Source of the DNA: Candidatus Thorarchaeota archaeon
GTDB lineage: Archaea > Asgardarchaeota > Thorarchaeia > Thorarchaeales > Thorarchaeaceae
Direction of reading: 5' to 3'
DNA length: 64,000 nucleotides
NCBI GenBank assembly: GCA_048882325.1
Contig: JBHLRS010000008.1
Coordinates: 2,056-66,055 of the forward strand
Shown piece by piece: positions 40,490 to 50,560 of the stretch (the first letter of the stretch is position 1; every line of letters starts with the position of its first letter). Made by a program: the position numbers and the translations under genes. The notes below the pieces were generated by a model. It was not told the origin of the DNA, did no database searches, and was given only the letters and a program-made list of their open reading frames with translations.

Positions 40490-41722
40490 ATGGTGGGTGA
40501 AAACGAAACAAGATATCATACTCCATTGCTTTTAAGATCAGGATTTCTCCATAGTTACAAACGAACAATTCCGGTGATACTTCTCTGGTTAGCTCTTAAC
40601 GTTCTAACGTATTGGCAAATGGGAGTTCTTGGATTTCTGCAGGGTGATATTTGGACCTATTTGTTCCTACCCCTCTTCATAATGGTTGTTCACATTGCTA
40701 GAAAAGCAGTATCGGGTTATGATGATCTCTTTGGTGTACTGGATCCTGAATTCGAGAAGAAATTAAAGCTCTACAAATCCCTTGATCTACCTGTGGATAC
40801 TGTCAATCAGGAAAGAATCAGAACGATCTTCATTGATGATGGAAATTATAGGAAGTTCAAGGATGATGTTAGGAGATTGCTCTTCCATGGCGTTGAACGC
40901 TACTTTGTGTTAGCAATCATCATTGCCAGTCCTTTAGTCGCATACTTCTATGTGGATGCATATCTCTTTGTGGGAGTCTATGGTGTCACTGACCCCCTGA
41001 TTTGGTTGTACATCTATATCGCGACGAACCTCACAATCGGACTCGCAATTGTTTGTTGCCTAGCATCATTAGTCTGGATTGTCTTCTCCATGATTATGAG
41101 TATTTCAAAGCTGGAGAACTATAAAGACAGTTTCAAGATATCTAACTACATCCAGCTTTTAAGAGGGGAGAAACTCGAATCTTTGGACCGTGTAATGGGG
41201 TATGATACATTCTATGAACAGACTACTGCAATCGGTTCTTTCATCTATGGTCTCACTTTGAGGTCGCTAATCATAGTGATCGCATATGCTTTGAACCTCA
41301 TATTCTTCAGTTTTCTTAATCAATTGCAACTTGGATTGGGATTGTATGGGATAGGATTGTCTATTGTTGTCTTCTCAGTAATTCTATTCATGTGGCCACA
41401 ACTGGGTCTTCACAATTTACTGAACAAGCGAAAGAAAGAGATTCTTCGAGAACTGGTCCTCAAGCAGGATTCACTTGATACAGAGGTTATGTTCATCACA
41501 TCCAAGTTCAGTGATTCCAATCAGTCAGGTCTCGCACTAGATGCAGCATCTTTGAAACGGGAGGCTTCTGAGCGTGTCGGCAGTATCTACCGAAATGTCA
41601 AAGCTAGAAGTACATGGGGATTCGAGATTACGACATTCATCAAATTCGTGAGCACCTCAGCTGTACCATTGATTTCAACTGCTTTAAGCTCTTTAGCGGA
41701 GGGTTTGTTACCGTCACCATAG
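40490..41722 (+). CDS. Hypothetical polytopic membrane protein
   Basis: 410 aa, about 7 hydrophobic segments. Confidence 0.65.
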   Translation: MVGENETRYHTPLLLRSGFLHSYKRTIPVILLWLALNVLTYWQMGVLGFLQGDIWTYLFLPLFIMVVHIARKAVSGYDDLFGVLDPEFEKKLKLYKSLDLPVDTVNQERIRTIFIDDGNYRKFKDDVRRLLFHGVERYFVLAIIIASPLVAYFYVDAYLFVGVYGVTDPLIWLYIYIATNLTIGLAIVCCLASLVWIVFSMIMSISKLENYKDSFKISNYIQLLRGEKLESLDRVMGYDTFYEQTTAIGSFIYGLTLRSLIIVIAYALNLIFFSFLNQLQLGLGLYGIGLSIVVFSVILFMWPQLGLHNLLNKRKKEILRELVLKQDSLDTEVMFITSKFSDSNQSGLALDAASLKREASERVGSIYRNVKARSTWGFEITTFIKFVSTSAVPLISTALSSLAEGLLPSP

Positions 41723-41774
41723 AACTGGGTAAGATATTTAGTGCTCCAGTGAGTCTAGGTGTGTTGTGTAACAA

Positions 41775-42767
41775 ATGACAGGCACCTGGACACTCAACCT
41801 TTTCGATCGACTACATATTGGCCACAAAGTCATGATTGACCGGCTATCAGAGATGCCAGATCCTGTTGCTTGTGTCACAGGGGGAGAACTAGTAGGAACA
41901 GGACTTGTATTGGAAGGTCTTATTCAACCCATTGAAGAACGTGAGAGATACCTCAAAGAATACATCCAGAGTGTAAAATTAGGGGAGCTGATATCAGTCA
42001 AGTCATTCACCAAAGTCGAGGACATTGTAGCAATCGAAGGAGATACTACCTTCTTGATGTATCAGGGGCCTTGTTGCACACACATTGAAACAGGCGCACT
42101 GAAAATCAGAAAGGAGAAGTTGGGAGTAACCGACACGGTCGAATATCTCAAACCGATGCGTGCACATGATGGTGAGAAAATAGCCTCCGCGAGAATCCGG
42201 TCTGGAGAGATTGATCGAGAAGGTCGCCGACTTATTGGTACAAAGGAACCACCGAGGAAACTCCAACTGGAAGGTCGTGCTGGTTTGAAGACACCAAAGG
42301 GAGTGGTATTTGCAGTGAAAGATGGACCCCCTGAAGAGCATGTTGTTCGTAAGATCTCTCAGGAAGCGCCCGAGTTGGTCATTGCAGTGGGAGATGTGAC
42401 TTCTAGTACGTTAATCAAAGCAGGATTTACTCCAGAGGTCATGATTGTGGACGGCATAACCAAGAGGGGACCTTTCCAGGAAGATTTCAAAGCTGAGCGA
42501 ATATACAAGATATTCAATCCAGCTGCCACAATCTATCCTGAGGCTTGGTCCGTCATTGAAACAGCAATCAAAAACGACAAGCATTCACTGATAATGGTAG
42601 AAGGAGAGGAGGATCTATTGGGATTTCCAGCTGTCCTCCTTGCTCCGGACAACGCAGCAGTTCTTTATGGTCAACCTGATGTTGGAATTGTCTGGATTCC
42701 AATCAACAAAGAAACGAGGAAGCTAACTCGAGAACTTCTTGAGCAGATGCCAATTATCAAATCGTAG
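41775..42767 (+). CDS. Phosphopantetheine adenylyltransferase-like plus DUF359 GTP-dependent dephospho-CoA kinase fusion
   Basis: FDRLHIGH, KIASARIR.GEID; C-terminal VGDVTS, IVDG.TKR, NPAATI, GEEDLL, YGQP. Confidence 0.85.
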   Translation: MTGTWTLNLFDRLHIGHKVMIDRLSEMPDPVACVTGGELVGTGLVLEGLIQPIEERERYLKEYIQSVKLGELISVKSFTKVEDIVAIEGDTTFLMYQGPCCTHIETGALKIRKEKLGVTDTVEYLKPMRAHDGEKIASARIRSGEIDREGRRLIGTKEPPRKLQLEGRAGLKTPKGVVFAVKDGPPEEHVVRKISQEAPELVIAVGDVTSSTLIKAGFTPEVMIVDGITKRGPFQEDFKAERIYKIFNPAATIYPEAWSVIETAIKNDKHSLIMVEGEEDLLGFPAVLLAPDNAAVLYGQPDVGIVWIPINKETRKLTRELLEQMPIIKS

Positions 42768-42778
42768 GACAGGTTGAC

Positions 42779-44299
42779 CTAGTACTTGTCAAACACTCTA
42801 TGGATGTTCTCTATACAGTCTGTAGCAACAATGTGGTTTCCGCGTTCGTTGAATGCCATCTCTCCAGCTACTCCAGAGATGAAAGCAGCTGCGGAAGCAG
42901 CCTGAATTGCTTCACGACCACTCGCTAATAACCCGGCCACGATTCCTGTCAATACGTCGCCAGTGCCACCCACAGTCATTGCAGGCACTCCCGTCCTATT
43001 CAGCTTGAAGGTACCATCTGGCGCTGCAATCACATCAACCGGACCTTTTAGCAGAATAATAGCATTATACTTCTTGGCGCACTCTACTGCTTGATCTACT
43101 CTGTTGGGCAATAAGGTGTCATCACCCAATTCGTGCTCGAGAAGAATGGACAGTTCACCCCAATGTGGAGTCATCACCATCAGTTCAGGATTGAGCTTCA
43201 GCTCAGATGAAGCCAATGCCTTAAGTCCATCAGCATCCAGAACAAGGGGCGTTTTAAGCTTCACCAAGTGTTCCACGATAGAGGTCACAGCAACCTTGGT
43301 TTGCTGTTCGAGACCTATTCCCGGACCTAGTGCAACAACATGATTGGACTTTACGTGCTCAACTACTGTATCAACTGTTTCAGGAAGTAATACTCTACTC
43401 CCAAGACTAGTCACCATCAAGTTGGGACTATATGATCGAATTGCAGAAACTACTGGGTCTGGTACCAGTACACTAACCAAGTCAGCCCCAGTTCTTAGTG
43501 CAGCCATTCCAGCAAGAGCTGGAGCTCCAGAGTATACATCACTCCCACCTATAACCAGTATCCTTCCAAAGTCGCCCTTCTTGGCATAAACGGACCGTAG
43601 TTGCTTGAATGGTCGCAGGTCGCCCGGTCCACAAGTGTATTTGGCTTCAGATGGAATGCCGATTGAAACTACATGCAGTTTTCCAAGATACTCTTTAGCC
43701 TTTGACATCCCGACCTTAGGAGCATGAAGAGTAATTGTATGGTCAGCTTTGACTGCCGCACTATATACTGCTCCTGTTTCTGAGTCAATACCACTGGGTA
43801 CATCAATCGCATACTTGATGGCGGGGGATTTGTTTAGCATCTTTACTGCTGTAAGCATAGGTTCGCGCAGTTTAGACCTAAGACCGAATCCCATTATTCC
43901 ATCAACAAGAATATCCGCTTCTTTGATTGCTCTGCATGTCTTAACGGCAGACTCTGTGGGAAGTTCTTCACTTAGGATATCATGAAGATTCCGTAGAATT
44001 TCCCAGTTGTGAAGCGTGTCTTTGTTTCGAATCATCAATTCATCGCCAAGAAGATAAACATCGACGAATGCACCAGCTTCATCCAGATACCTTGCGGTGA
44101 CCATCCCATCCCCTCCATTTCCGCCAAGACCACATAATATAGCAATGTGCTTGCCGCTGACCTTCGTGGTCTTCTCAATGATTCGAGCAACCTCACGACC
44201 TGCATTCTCCATCAACATACTAATGGTCACACCTAGATACTCAGAGTTGTATTCGAGAATGCGCATCTCTTCAGGGGTTATCGGGTCTTTCTCCATCAC
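42779..44299 (-). CDS. nnr: Bifunctional NAD(P)H-hydrate epimerase/dehydratase
   Basis: LMENAG, GGNGGDG, DVPSG, KGDFG, GPGIG, DADGL, TPHWGE, GGTGDVL. Confidence 0.95.
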   Translation of the reverse strand: MMEKDPITPEEMRILEYNSEYLGVTISMLMENAGREVARIIEKTTKVSGKHIAILCGLGGNGGDGMVTARYLDEAGAFVDVYLLGDELMIRNKDTLHNWEILRNLHDILSEELPTESAVKTCRAIKEADILVDGIMGFGLRSKLREPMLTAVKMLNKSPAIKYAIDVPSGIDSETGAVYSAAVKADHTITLHAPKVGMSKAKEYLGKLHVVSIGIPSEAKYTCGPGDLRPFKQLRSVYAKKGDFGRILVIGGSDVYSGAPALAGMAALRTGADLVSVLVPDPVVSAIRSYSPNLMVTSLGSRVLLPETVDTVVEHVKSNHVVALGPGIGLEQQTKVAVTSIVEHLVKLKTPLVLDADGLKALASSELKLNPELMVMTPHWGELSILLEHELGDDTLLPNRVDQAVECAKKYNAIILLKGPVDVIAAPDGTFKLNRTGVPAMTVGGTGDVLTGIVAGLLASGREAIQAASAAAFISGVAGEMAFNERGNHIVATDCIENIHRVFDKY

Positions 44300-44416
44300 A
44301 TCTCACTCTCTTGAGGACTAGTTCTCATTATGGTAGCTGCCTTATATCAATTCATTTCTCAGGATGCGCCACAACATTGATGCGTAAATGAAAGCTCATC
44401 ACATTGAGGCATTTAG

Positions 44417-45088
44417 TTGACACAATACTATTCTGAAAGCCTCTCAGCTGAGAAACTGAAGAGATGTTATGATATAGCTCCACCAAGAATAGTCCAATAT
44501 TTGAAATCTGAAATCGAATTCGTCATGAGTCATATCTCACCTTCAGATAGAGTTCTTGAACTTGGTTGTGGCTATGGTCGGATTCTAACCAATCTTACAT
44601 TAGTGACTCACAATATAGTGGGTATTGACATATCACTACAGAGTTTACTTTATGGTCAAGACAAGGTGGTTAGACGCGGACCATCCATGGTGCAAATGGA
44701 CGCAGCTAATACAGGTTTCAAGAATTACTCGTTTGACAATGTTGTGTGCATCCAAAATGGTATCTCTGCTTTCAAATTGGATCCAATTTCACTCTTCAAA
44801 GAAAGTCTTCGAATAACGAAGAGTGGTGGAAGGTGCTTCTATTCCACTTATTCAAGAAAGATTTGGAAAGATAGACTTGACTGGTTCCAGCTCCAGTCTG
44901 ACGAAGGGCTCATTGGAGAAATTGATTGGAGCAAGACTGGAGATGGAACGATAAGATGCAAGGATGGATTCGTAGCCACAACAGTCTCAGAACGCGACTT
45001 CGTGAGATATGCGGATAAGATATCTGCAACCTACGATATTCAAGAAGTAGATTCATCTAGCTTGTTCTGTATTTTGAGCTCTTCCTAA
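44417..45088 (+). CDS. Class I SAM-dependent methyltransferase
   Basis: VLELGCGYGR, GIDIS, SFD.VVC, LRITKSGG. Confidence 0.88.
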   Translation: MTQYYSESLSAEKLKRCYDIAPPRIVQYLKSEIEFVMSHISPSDRVLELGCGYGRILTNLTLVTHNIVGIDISLQSLLYGQDKVVRRGPSMVQMDAANTGFKNYSFDNVVCIQNGISAFKLDPISLFKESLRITKSGGRCFYSTYSRKIWKDRLDWFQLQSDEGLIGEIDWSKTGDGTIRCKDGFVATTVSERDFVRYADKISATYDIQEVDSSSLFCILSSS

Positions 45089-45145
45089 CTTTCCCTTATT
45101 CCCATTCCAAATCCTTTTAATGGAAGGAAAAGCGCAGCCGGATTC

Positions 45146-45613
45146 ATGCTCGAACCTTCTAGAGAAGCCCTTGTATCAGAGCTCATCTCTTCTCTACAAA
45201 AGATTCAGCTGCGTTTGGGGTACATTCCTCAGGAAGCCATTCATTGGCTCGCTGAGGAGTTGCATCTAAGCGAGCAGGAGATCTATGGTGTGGCTACCTT
45301 TTACAAGAATTTTCGGTTCACGCCTCCTGGAAAACATCAAGTAAAGATGTGTATGGGAACTGCATGTTTTGTTCAAGGTGGAGAGAGTCTGCTAGCAGCA
45401 ACTACTGAGAGATTAGGAGTTAAGCCTGGTGAAACATCAGAGGATGGAAGATACAGCCTAGAGCGAGTCGCGTGTCTTGGATGCTGTGCACTGGCACCTG
45501 TGACAGTTGTTGACGAGGAGGTCCATGGCAAAATGACTCAACGGAAGATATCCAGGCTCTTCGCTCAGATTGACAAGATGGATCAAGAAGAGAAGAAGGG
45601 AGAAAAACAATGA
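45146..45613 (+). CDS. NuoE/HydC-like [2Fe-2S] subunit
   Basis: GVATFY, CMGTAC, CLGCC. Confidence 0.92.
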   Translation: MLEPSREALVSELISSLQKIQLRLGYIPQEAIHWLAEELHLSEQEIYGVATFYKNFRFTPPGKHQVKMCMGTACFVQGGESLLAATTERLGVKPGETSEDGRYSLERVACLGCCALAPVTVVDEEVHGKMTQRKISRLFAQIDKMDQEEKKGEKQ

Positions 45614-47436
45614 GTGATGACATCAAGAGGACCTTGTTTATCTGCAGAGGAACAGGTTGTGAATCATCCAAGTCAGCAATCCTTCATGAGATGCTCAAAG
45701 AAGAGGTCAAAAAACAAGGGTTAGATGAGAAGGTAGAAATCAAGAAAACAGGATGTCACGGATTTTGTCAACAAGGTCCTATTGTAGCTATCGAACCAGA
45801 AGGCACATTCTACGCCATGGTGAAAGACTCAGATATCCCTAGGATTATTGATTCACACATAGGTAAAGGCGAACCTGTTGAAGACCTATATTATGTAGAA
45901 CCCAATACTGGTGAGAAGATTCCGAAGTATGATGACATACCGTTCTATTCCCATCAGCAAAGAATCATTCTCAAGCGTTGTGGTGAGATTGATCCTGAAA
46001 ATATTGATGATTATCTTAATCGAGGAGGATATGACGGTTTCAAAAGAGCAATAACAGAGATGACTCCTGATGAAGTCATTCAAGAGGTACTTGATTCAGG
46101 CCTACGTGGTCGAGGGGGTGCTGGTTTTCCGACAGGCCTGAAATGGAAACTTGGTAGAGAAGCACATGGTGAGCAGAAATATGTCGTCTGTAATGCGGAC
46201 GAAGGCGATCCTGGCGCTTTCATGGATCGTTCATTATTAGAGGCAGACCCACACAGTGTTTTGGAGGGAATACTAATTGCATGTTATGCCATCAGCGCAA
46301 GTGATGGATTCATCTATGTCCGACACGAATATCCGTTAGCAGTTAAGAGATTCAGAAAAGCTCTTGAAGATGCGACTGAACGTGGTTTTGTAGGAGAGAA
46401 AATTCTCGGTACCGAGTTTTCAGTTAAGATACATGTCAAAGAAGGTGCAGGTGCATTTGTCTGCGGAGAAGAAACAGCCCTTCTAGCATCAATCGAGGGC
46501 AAAAGAGGGATGCCAAGACCAAGGCCACCATACCCAACTGAGAGTGGACTATGGGGAAAACCAACTGTTCTAAACAACACTAAATCTTTGGCCTCAACAT
46601 CGCACATCCTTGCCAAAGGTGCAGAATGGTTTGCATCGATTGGGTCTGAAAAGAGCAAGGGTACTGCAGTTTTTGCTTTAACTGGAAAGGTAGAGAACTC
46701 TGGACTTGTGGAGGTCCCAATGGGTGTTACTCTACGAAAAATCATCTATGACATTGGTGGCGGAATTCAGGGCAATGGAGAGTTCAAGGCAGTTCAAACT
46801 GGGGGTCCATCTGGGGGGTGTGTTCCTGCAGAAATGATTGACTTGGATGTTGATTATGATTCATTGACAAAGGCTGGAACAATTATGGGTTCTGGCGGAA
46901 TGATTGTCATGGATGAAACAACTTGTATGGTAGATGTTGCACGGTTTTTCCTCTCCTTTGCTCAAGCAGAATCATGCGGAAAGTGTGCACCATGCAGAGT
47001 CGGCACGCTTCAGATGCTGGAAATCCTGGATAAAATCAAAGCAGGAGATGGAGAACCAGAGGATATCGATAAACTGGGAGAGCTTGCGATCACAGTGAAG
47101 GATGGTTCTCTTTGTGGACTTGGGCAAACAGCACCAAATCCTGTTCTAACCACTTTGCGGTATTTTAGAGAAGAGTATGAAGAACATATCAATGAGAAGA
47201 AATGTCGAGCAATGGTATGTAAGGACCTGATCAGGTATTGGATTGACGAGGAAACGTGCATCGCATGTGGAGCTTGCAAGAGAATTTGTCCAGCCACTGC
47301 CATTTCAGGCGAGAAAGATGTTGTGCACGTAATAGACCAAAATCTGTGTATCAAATGTGGAGCATGCTTTGAGGTGTGTCCACCCAAAGCTTCAGCGGTC
47401 ATTAGAGTGGCCGCATTTGATGAGGGAGGTGCTTAG
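45610..47436 (+). CDS. NuoF/HydB-like FMN/NADH subunit with N-terminal [2Fe-2S] and C-terminal 2x[4Fe-4S]
   Basis: CRGTGC..GCHGFC; GRGGAGFP; NADEGDPGAFMDR; CGEET; FKAVQTGGPSGG; ESCGKCAPCR; CIACGAC, CIKCGAC. Confidence 0.93.
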   Translation: MSDDIKRTLFICRGTGCESSKSAILHEMLKEEVKKQGLDEKVEIKKTGCHGFCQQGPIVAIEPEGTFYAMVKDSDIPRIIDSHIGKGEPVEDLYYVEPNTGEKIPKYDDIPFYSHQQRIILKRCGEIDPENIDDYLNRGGYDGFKRAITEMTPDEVIQEVLDSGLRGRGGAGFPTGLKWKLGREAHGEQKYVVCNADEGDPGAFMDRSLLEADPHSVLEGILIACYAISASDGFIYVRHEYPLAVKRFRKALEDATERGFVGEKILGTEFSVKIHVKEGAGAFVCGEETALLASIEGKRGMPRPRPPYPTESGLWGKPTVLNNTKSLASTSHILAKGAEWFASIGSEKSKGTAVFALTGKVENSGLVEVPMGVTLRKIIYDIGGGIQGNGEFKAVQTGGPSGGCVPAEMIDLDVDYDSLTKAGTIMGSGGMIVMDETTCMVDVARFFLSFAQAESCGKCAPCRVGTLQMLEILDKIKAGDGEPEDIDKLGELAITVKDGSLCGLGQTAPNPVLTTLRYFREEYEEHINEKKCRAMVCKDLIRYWIDEETCIACGACKRICPATAISGEKDVVHVIDQNLCIKCGACFEVCPPKASAVIRVAAFDEGGA

Positions 47437-47438
47437 TA

Positions 47439-49688
47439 ATGCCTACAATGACCATTGATGGAAAGAAGGTTGAGTTCAAGGAGGATGCTCGATCAGTACT
47501 GGAGGTTGTTCGTTCATCTGGAACTCAGATACCGACTCTCTGTGACCATTCGGAACTAGAGGCTTATGGCGGGTGTCGAATGTGTCTCGTGGAGATTGAA
47601 GGATGGAGAGGTTATGTGGCTTCGTGTACTACACCCCCAAAGGACGGTATGGTAGTCACCACAAAGTCAGATGAACTGTTAAAGATGAAACGCAACATCC
47701 TGCAGTTAATCTTGAGAGAACATCCAAGTGCGTGTATTGTCTGTTATGAATGGCCCGGTTGTTTGGAGTACAGGACTGAGTCTCATAGAGCAGGAGCAGT
47801 AACAGGATGCAACACATGTCCGAGTAGAGAATTCTGTGAACTCCGTGACGTTGCAGAGATGCTTGACATTAGAGATTTACATTATGACCCAGATTACAAG
47901 GCAATTGTTGTAGAACGAGAGGATCCCTTCTTTGATCGTGATTATAATCTCTGCATTCTTTGTGCAAGATGTGTAAGGATTTGTGATGAGGTGAGAGGTA
48001 CAAGTGCAATTACCTTTTCTAGCCGAGGTCACGAAACACGAGTTGACACTGCTTTTGGTTCATCCCACATTGACAGTGGGTGTTGGTTCTGTGGTGCTTG
48101 TGTGGATGTCTGTCCAACTGGAGCCTTAGAACCCAGAATGACAAAGTGGATTGGAGCATCAGACGAGTCCATTGAAACAACTTGCGCTCTGTGTGGTGTT
48201 GGTTGTCAGACTGAGCTTGATATCAAATGGGAGCGAATCATGGGATCGAGATCTGGAAGGAGAGAGAGTGCGCCAAATCATGGACATATGTGCGTTCTCG
48301 GGAGGTTCTGTATCCCATCGCTAGTTAATGCTCCTGACCGTCTCAAAACCCCTCATGTCAAACAGAAGGGAGTGGACATTCCCGTTTCTTGGGATGATGC
48401 AATCGCTGAAGTTGCTAGAATTCTGACAGAAGCCAATCCAGACAAGGTCGGATTTCTAGGGAGTCCACAGATGAGTACTGAGTCAGCATACTTGTTCAAC
48501 AAACTCGCAAGAGTAGGTGTTGAGAGTGCCAATGTTGATTTTCAGGGGTCAGATTTTGCAGCACTCGTTCACAGGGAAGTTCCTGACCTTGATAGAATTG
48601 GAACTATTGATGGTCTAAACAATGTCGATTGGATACTCTCAGTTGGTGGCGACTTTGTAAAGACTCATCAACCGGTTGCCAAAGCAGTATATGATGTTGT
48701 GAAGAAAGGGACTCCCCTCATCGTTATCGGAGAGGTGGGTGTCAATCTTCGGAGATGGGCAACTCAATATTTCAAAGCCTCTCCAAAACAGATACCATCA
48801 GTACTTGACCAGCTTTCAGAACACGATCCGAAAACCAGTAAAAGTAGGACAGGAGCCATTTTGATAGGACCAAGACTGCTGGAACTCAAAGATCCAAGTC
48901 AGGCTTTACGTACGCTGGTGAAACTTGCTGGAGATGCAGGTCTTCTATATCCATTGTTTCCATTGGGCAATGAAGCAGGCGTCATCATGGCAGGTCTGAG
49001 ACCAGAGATGTTACCTGGACCATCTTCAATCACCATGAGTGACGCAAAATCAAAAACTGAGAATACGTGGAACGGTGGTAACTTCTCTGATGGTCTGCAC
49101 CTTGTAGAGATGCGTGAAAAGGCAAAGAAAGGAGAATTAGACGTCCTTTACGTCGTAGATGGTTCAATTTCCAGTGATGGATTCGAAAAGGTTCCGACAA
49201 TCATCTATCAGTCTCCATATCCCTCAGAGTGGGTCGAATTAGCCTCAGTTAACATGCCCACCACCACTTTCGTCGAGGAAGATGGAACGTTCGTGAATCT
49301 TGAGATGAGGCCTCTCAGAATGAAAGCTACTGCAAAGCCACCAGGAGTTGCCAGGATGGATTGGGTGATTTTCTCAGAAATAGGAAAGAAGATTGGAGCT
49401 AGTGGTTTCGAATTTAACAAAGTAGAAGAAGTGTGGGATGAACTCTCACAATTTACTCGTGGTATTGAATCAAGCGGAGAAGGACTACGAGCATCATGGA
49501 AGCCAACATCAAAGGAAGAGAACGACTGGTACCCCAGATATCGAGGTGCAGCACTGGCTGAACGGATACAAGATCTTGCAACATTCATTGATGCTTTGCC
49601 AGACCGTGATAGACCTGCAACTAAGGAGTCTCTGGATCAACTGGTTAAGCGAATAGAGAAAGAGCAAGCAGAGGAGGTAGCCAAATGA
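47439..49688 (+). CDS. NuoG/HydA/FdhA-like Fe-S subunit with apparently non-catalytic molybdopterin-oxidoreductase domain
   Basis: IPTLC..GCRMC..C; HPSACIVC; CILCARC; CWFCGAC; TTCALCGVGC; no H-cluster motifs and no RxCH ligand (NVDFQGS). Confidence 0.8.
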   Translation: MPTMTIDGKKVEFKEDARSVLEVVRSSGTQIPTLCDHSELEAYGGCRMCLVEIEGWRGYVASCTTPPKDGMVVTTKSDELLKMKRNILQLILREHPSACIVCYEWPGCLEYRTESHRAGAVTGCNTCPSREFCELRDVAEMLDIRDLHYDPDYKAIVVEREDPFFDRDYNLCILCARCVRICDEVRGTSAITFSSRGHETRVDTAFGSSHIDSGCWFCGACVDVCPTGALEPRMTKWIGASDESIETTCALCGVGCQTELDIKWERIMGSRSGRRESAPNHGHMCVLGRFCIPSLVNAPDRLKTPHVKQKGVDIPVSWDDAIAEVARILTEANPDKVGFLGSPQMSTESAYLFNKLARVGVESANVDFQGSDFAALVHREVPDLDRIGTIDGLNNVDWILSVGGDFVKTHQPVAKAVYDVVKKGTPLIVIGEVGVNLRRWATQYFKASPKQIPSVLDQLSEHDPKTSKSRTGAILIGPRLLELKDPSQALRTLVKLAGDAGLLYPLFPLGNEAGVIMAGLRPEMLPGPSSITMSDAKSKTENTWNGGNFSDGLHLVEMREKAKKGELDVLYVVDGSISSDGFEKVPTIIYQSPYPSEWVELASVNMPTTTFVEEDGTFVNLEMRPLRMKATAKPPGVARMDWVIFSEIGKKIGASGFEFNKVEEVWDELSQFTRGIESSGEGLRASWKPTSKEENDWYPRYRGAALAERIQDLATFIDALPDRDRPATKESLDQLVKRIEKEQAEEVAK

Positions 49689-50560
49689 TCGGCAGAATCC
49701 TAGTGAACGAAGAGGTCGTTCCCAATACACACAAACTTGTCCTAGAGGCACCTGCAATTTCTGAACGTGCCAAACCGGGACAGTTCATCATGGTCATTCC
49801 GGATGAGGTTGGAGAAAGAGTACCATTCACTCTATCTGACTGGGATGCAGAAGCGGGGACCATTACAGTGTTCTATCTTGAAGCCGGAGTTTCAACTATG
49901 AAACTCAGTCGAATGAAGCCTGGTGAAACTGTGCATACAGTCGTAGGTCCACTTGGCAGACCTACGAAGGTTGAGAAGTGGGGCACGGTCCTACTAGGCG
50001 GTGGTTGTTATGGCCTTGGTGCCATCTACCCACTAGCCAAGGCGTTCAAAGAGGCAGGCAACAGAGTAATTGGTCTCATGGAAGCTCGAACCTCCTACAT
50101 CGTCTACAACGAGGAAACCCTTAGGGAGGTTGTTGATGACCTTTACATCGTGACAGGTGATGGCTCAGTAGGAATCAAGGGACATATGAAAGAAGCACTC
50201 CCCCACATCCTAGAGAAGGAAGGCAAGATTGACCACGCGCACTTTGTGGGTTGTACCTATATGATGATGGTGTCAAGTCGAGGAACTGAGCCTCATAACA
50301 TTCCAACAATAGTTGCTTTGAATACATTGATGGTCGATGGGACAGGTATGTGCGGCGTCTGTCGTGTGGAAGTGGACGGACAAACAAGATTCGCGTGCGT
50401 AGATGGACCTGATTTTGATGGGCACAAGGTGAACTGGGATATGGTGTTCTCAAGGAAGCGAGCATATGTAACGGAGGAGAACCTCGCGTTTCAGCTTCAT
50501 AGTTGTAGACAAGACGGCGCGATATTAGGTAAGGACACAGCCCAGAAGGAGGTTGCATAA
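49685..50560 (+). CDS. NfnA/SudB-like transhydrogenase small subunit
   Basis: AKPGQF, GERVPFT, GPLG, MVDGTGMCGVCR...CVDGP. Confidence 0.9.
   Translation: MIGRILVNEEVVPNTHKLVLEAPAISERAKPGQFIMVIPDEVGERVPFTLSDWDAEAGTITVFYLEAGVSTMKLSRMKPGETVHTVVGPLGRPTKVEKWGTVLLGGGCYGLGAIYPLAKAFKEAGNRVIGLMEARTSYIVYNEETLREVVDDLYIVTGDGSVGIKGHMKEALPHILEKEGKIDHAHFVGCTYMMMVSSRGTEPHNIPTIVALNTLMVDGTGMCGVCRVEVDGQTRFACVDGPDFDGHKVNWDMVFSRKRAYVTEENLAFQLHSCRQDGAILGKDTAQKEVA

Noticed and set aside
47439-49688. Formate dehydrogenase, [FeFe]-hydrogenase or selenoprotein call
   Set aside because: No Cys/Sec-His Mo ligand, no H-cluster motifs, no in-frame TGA
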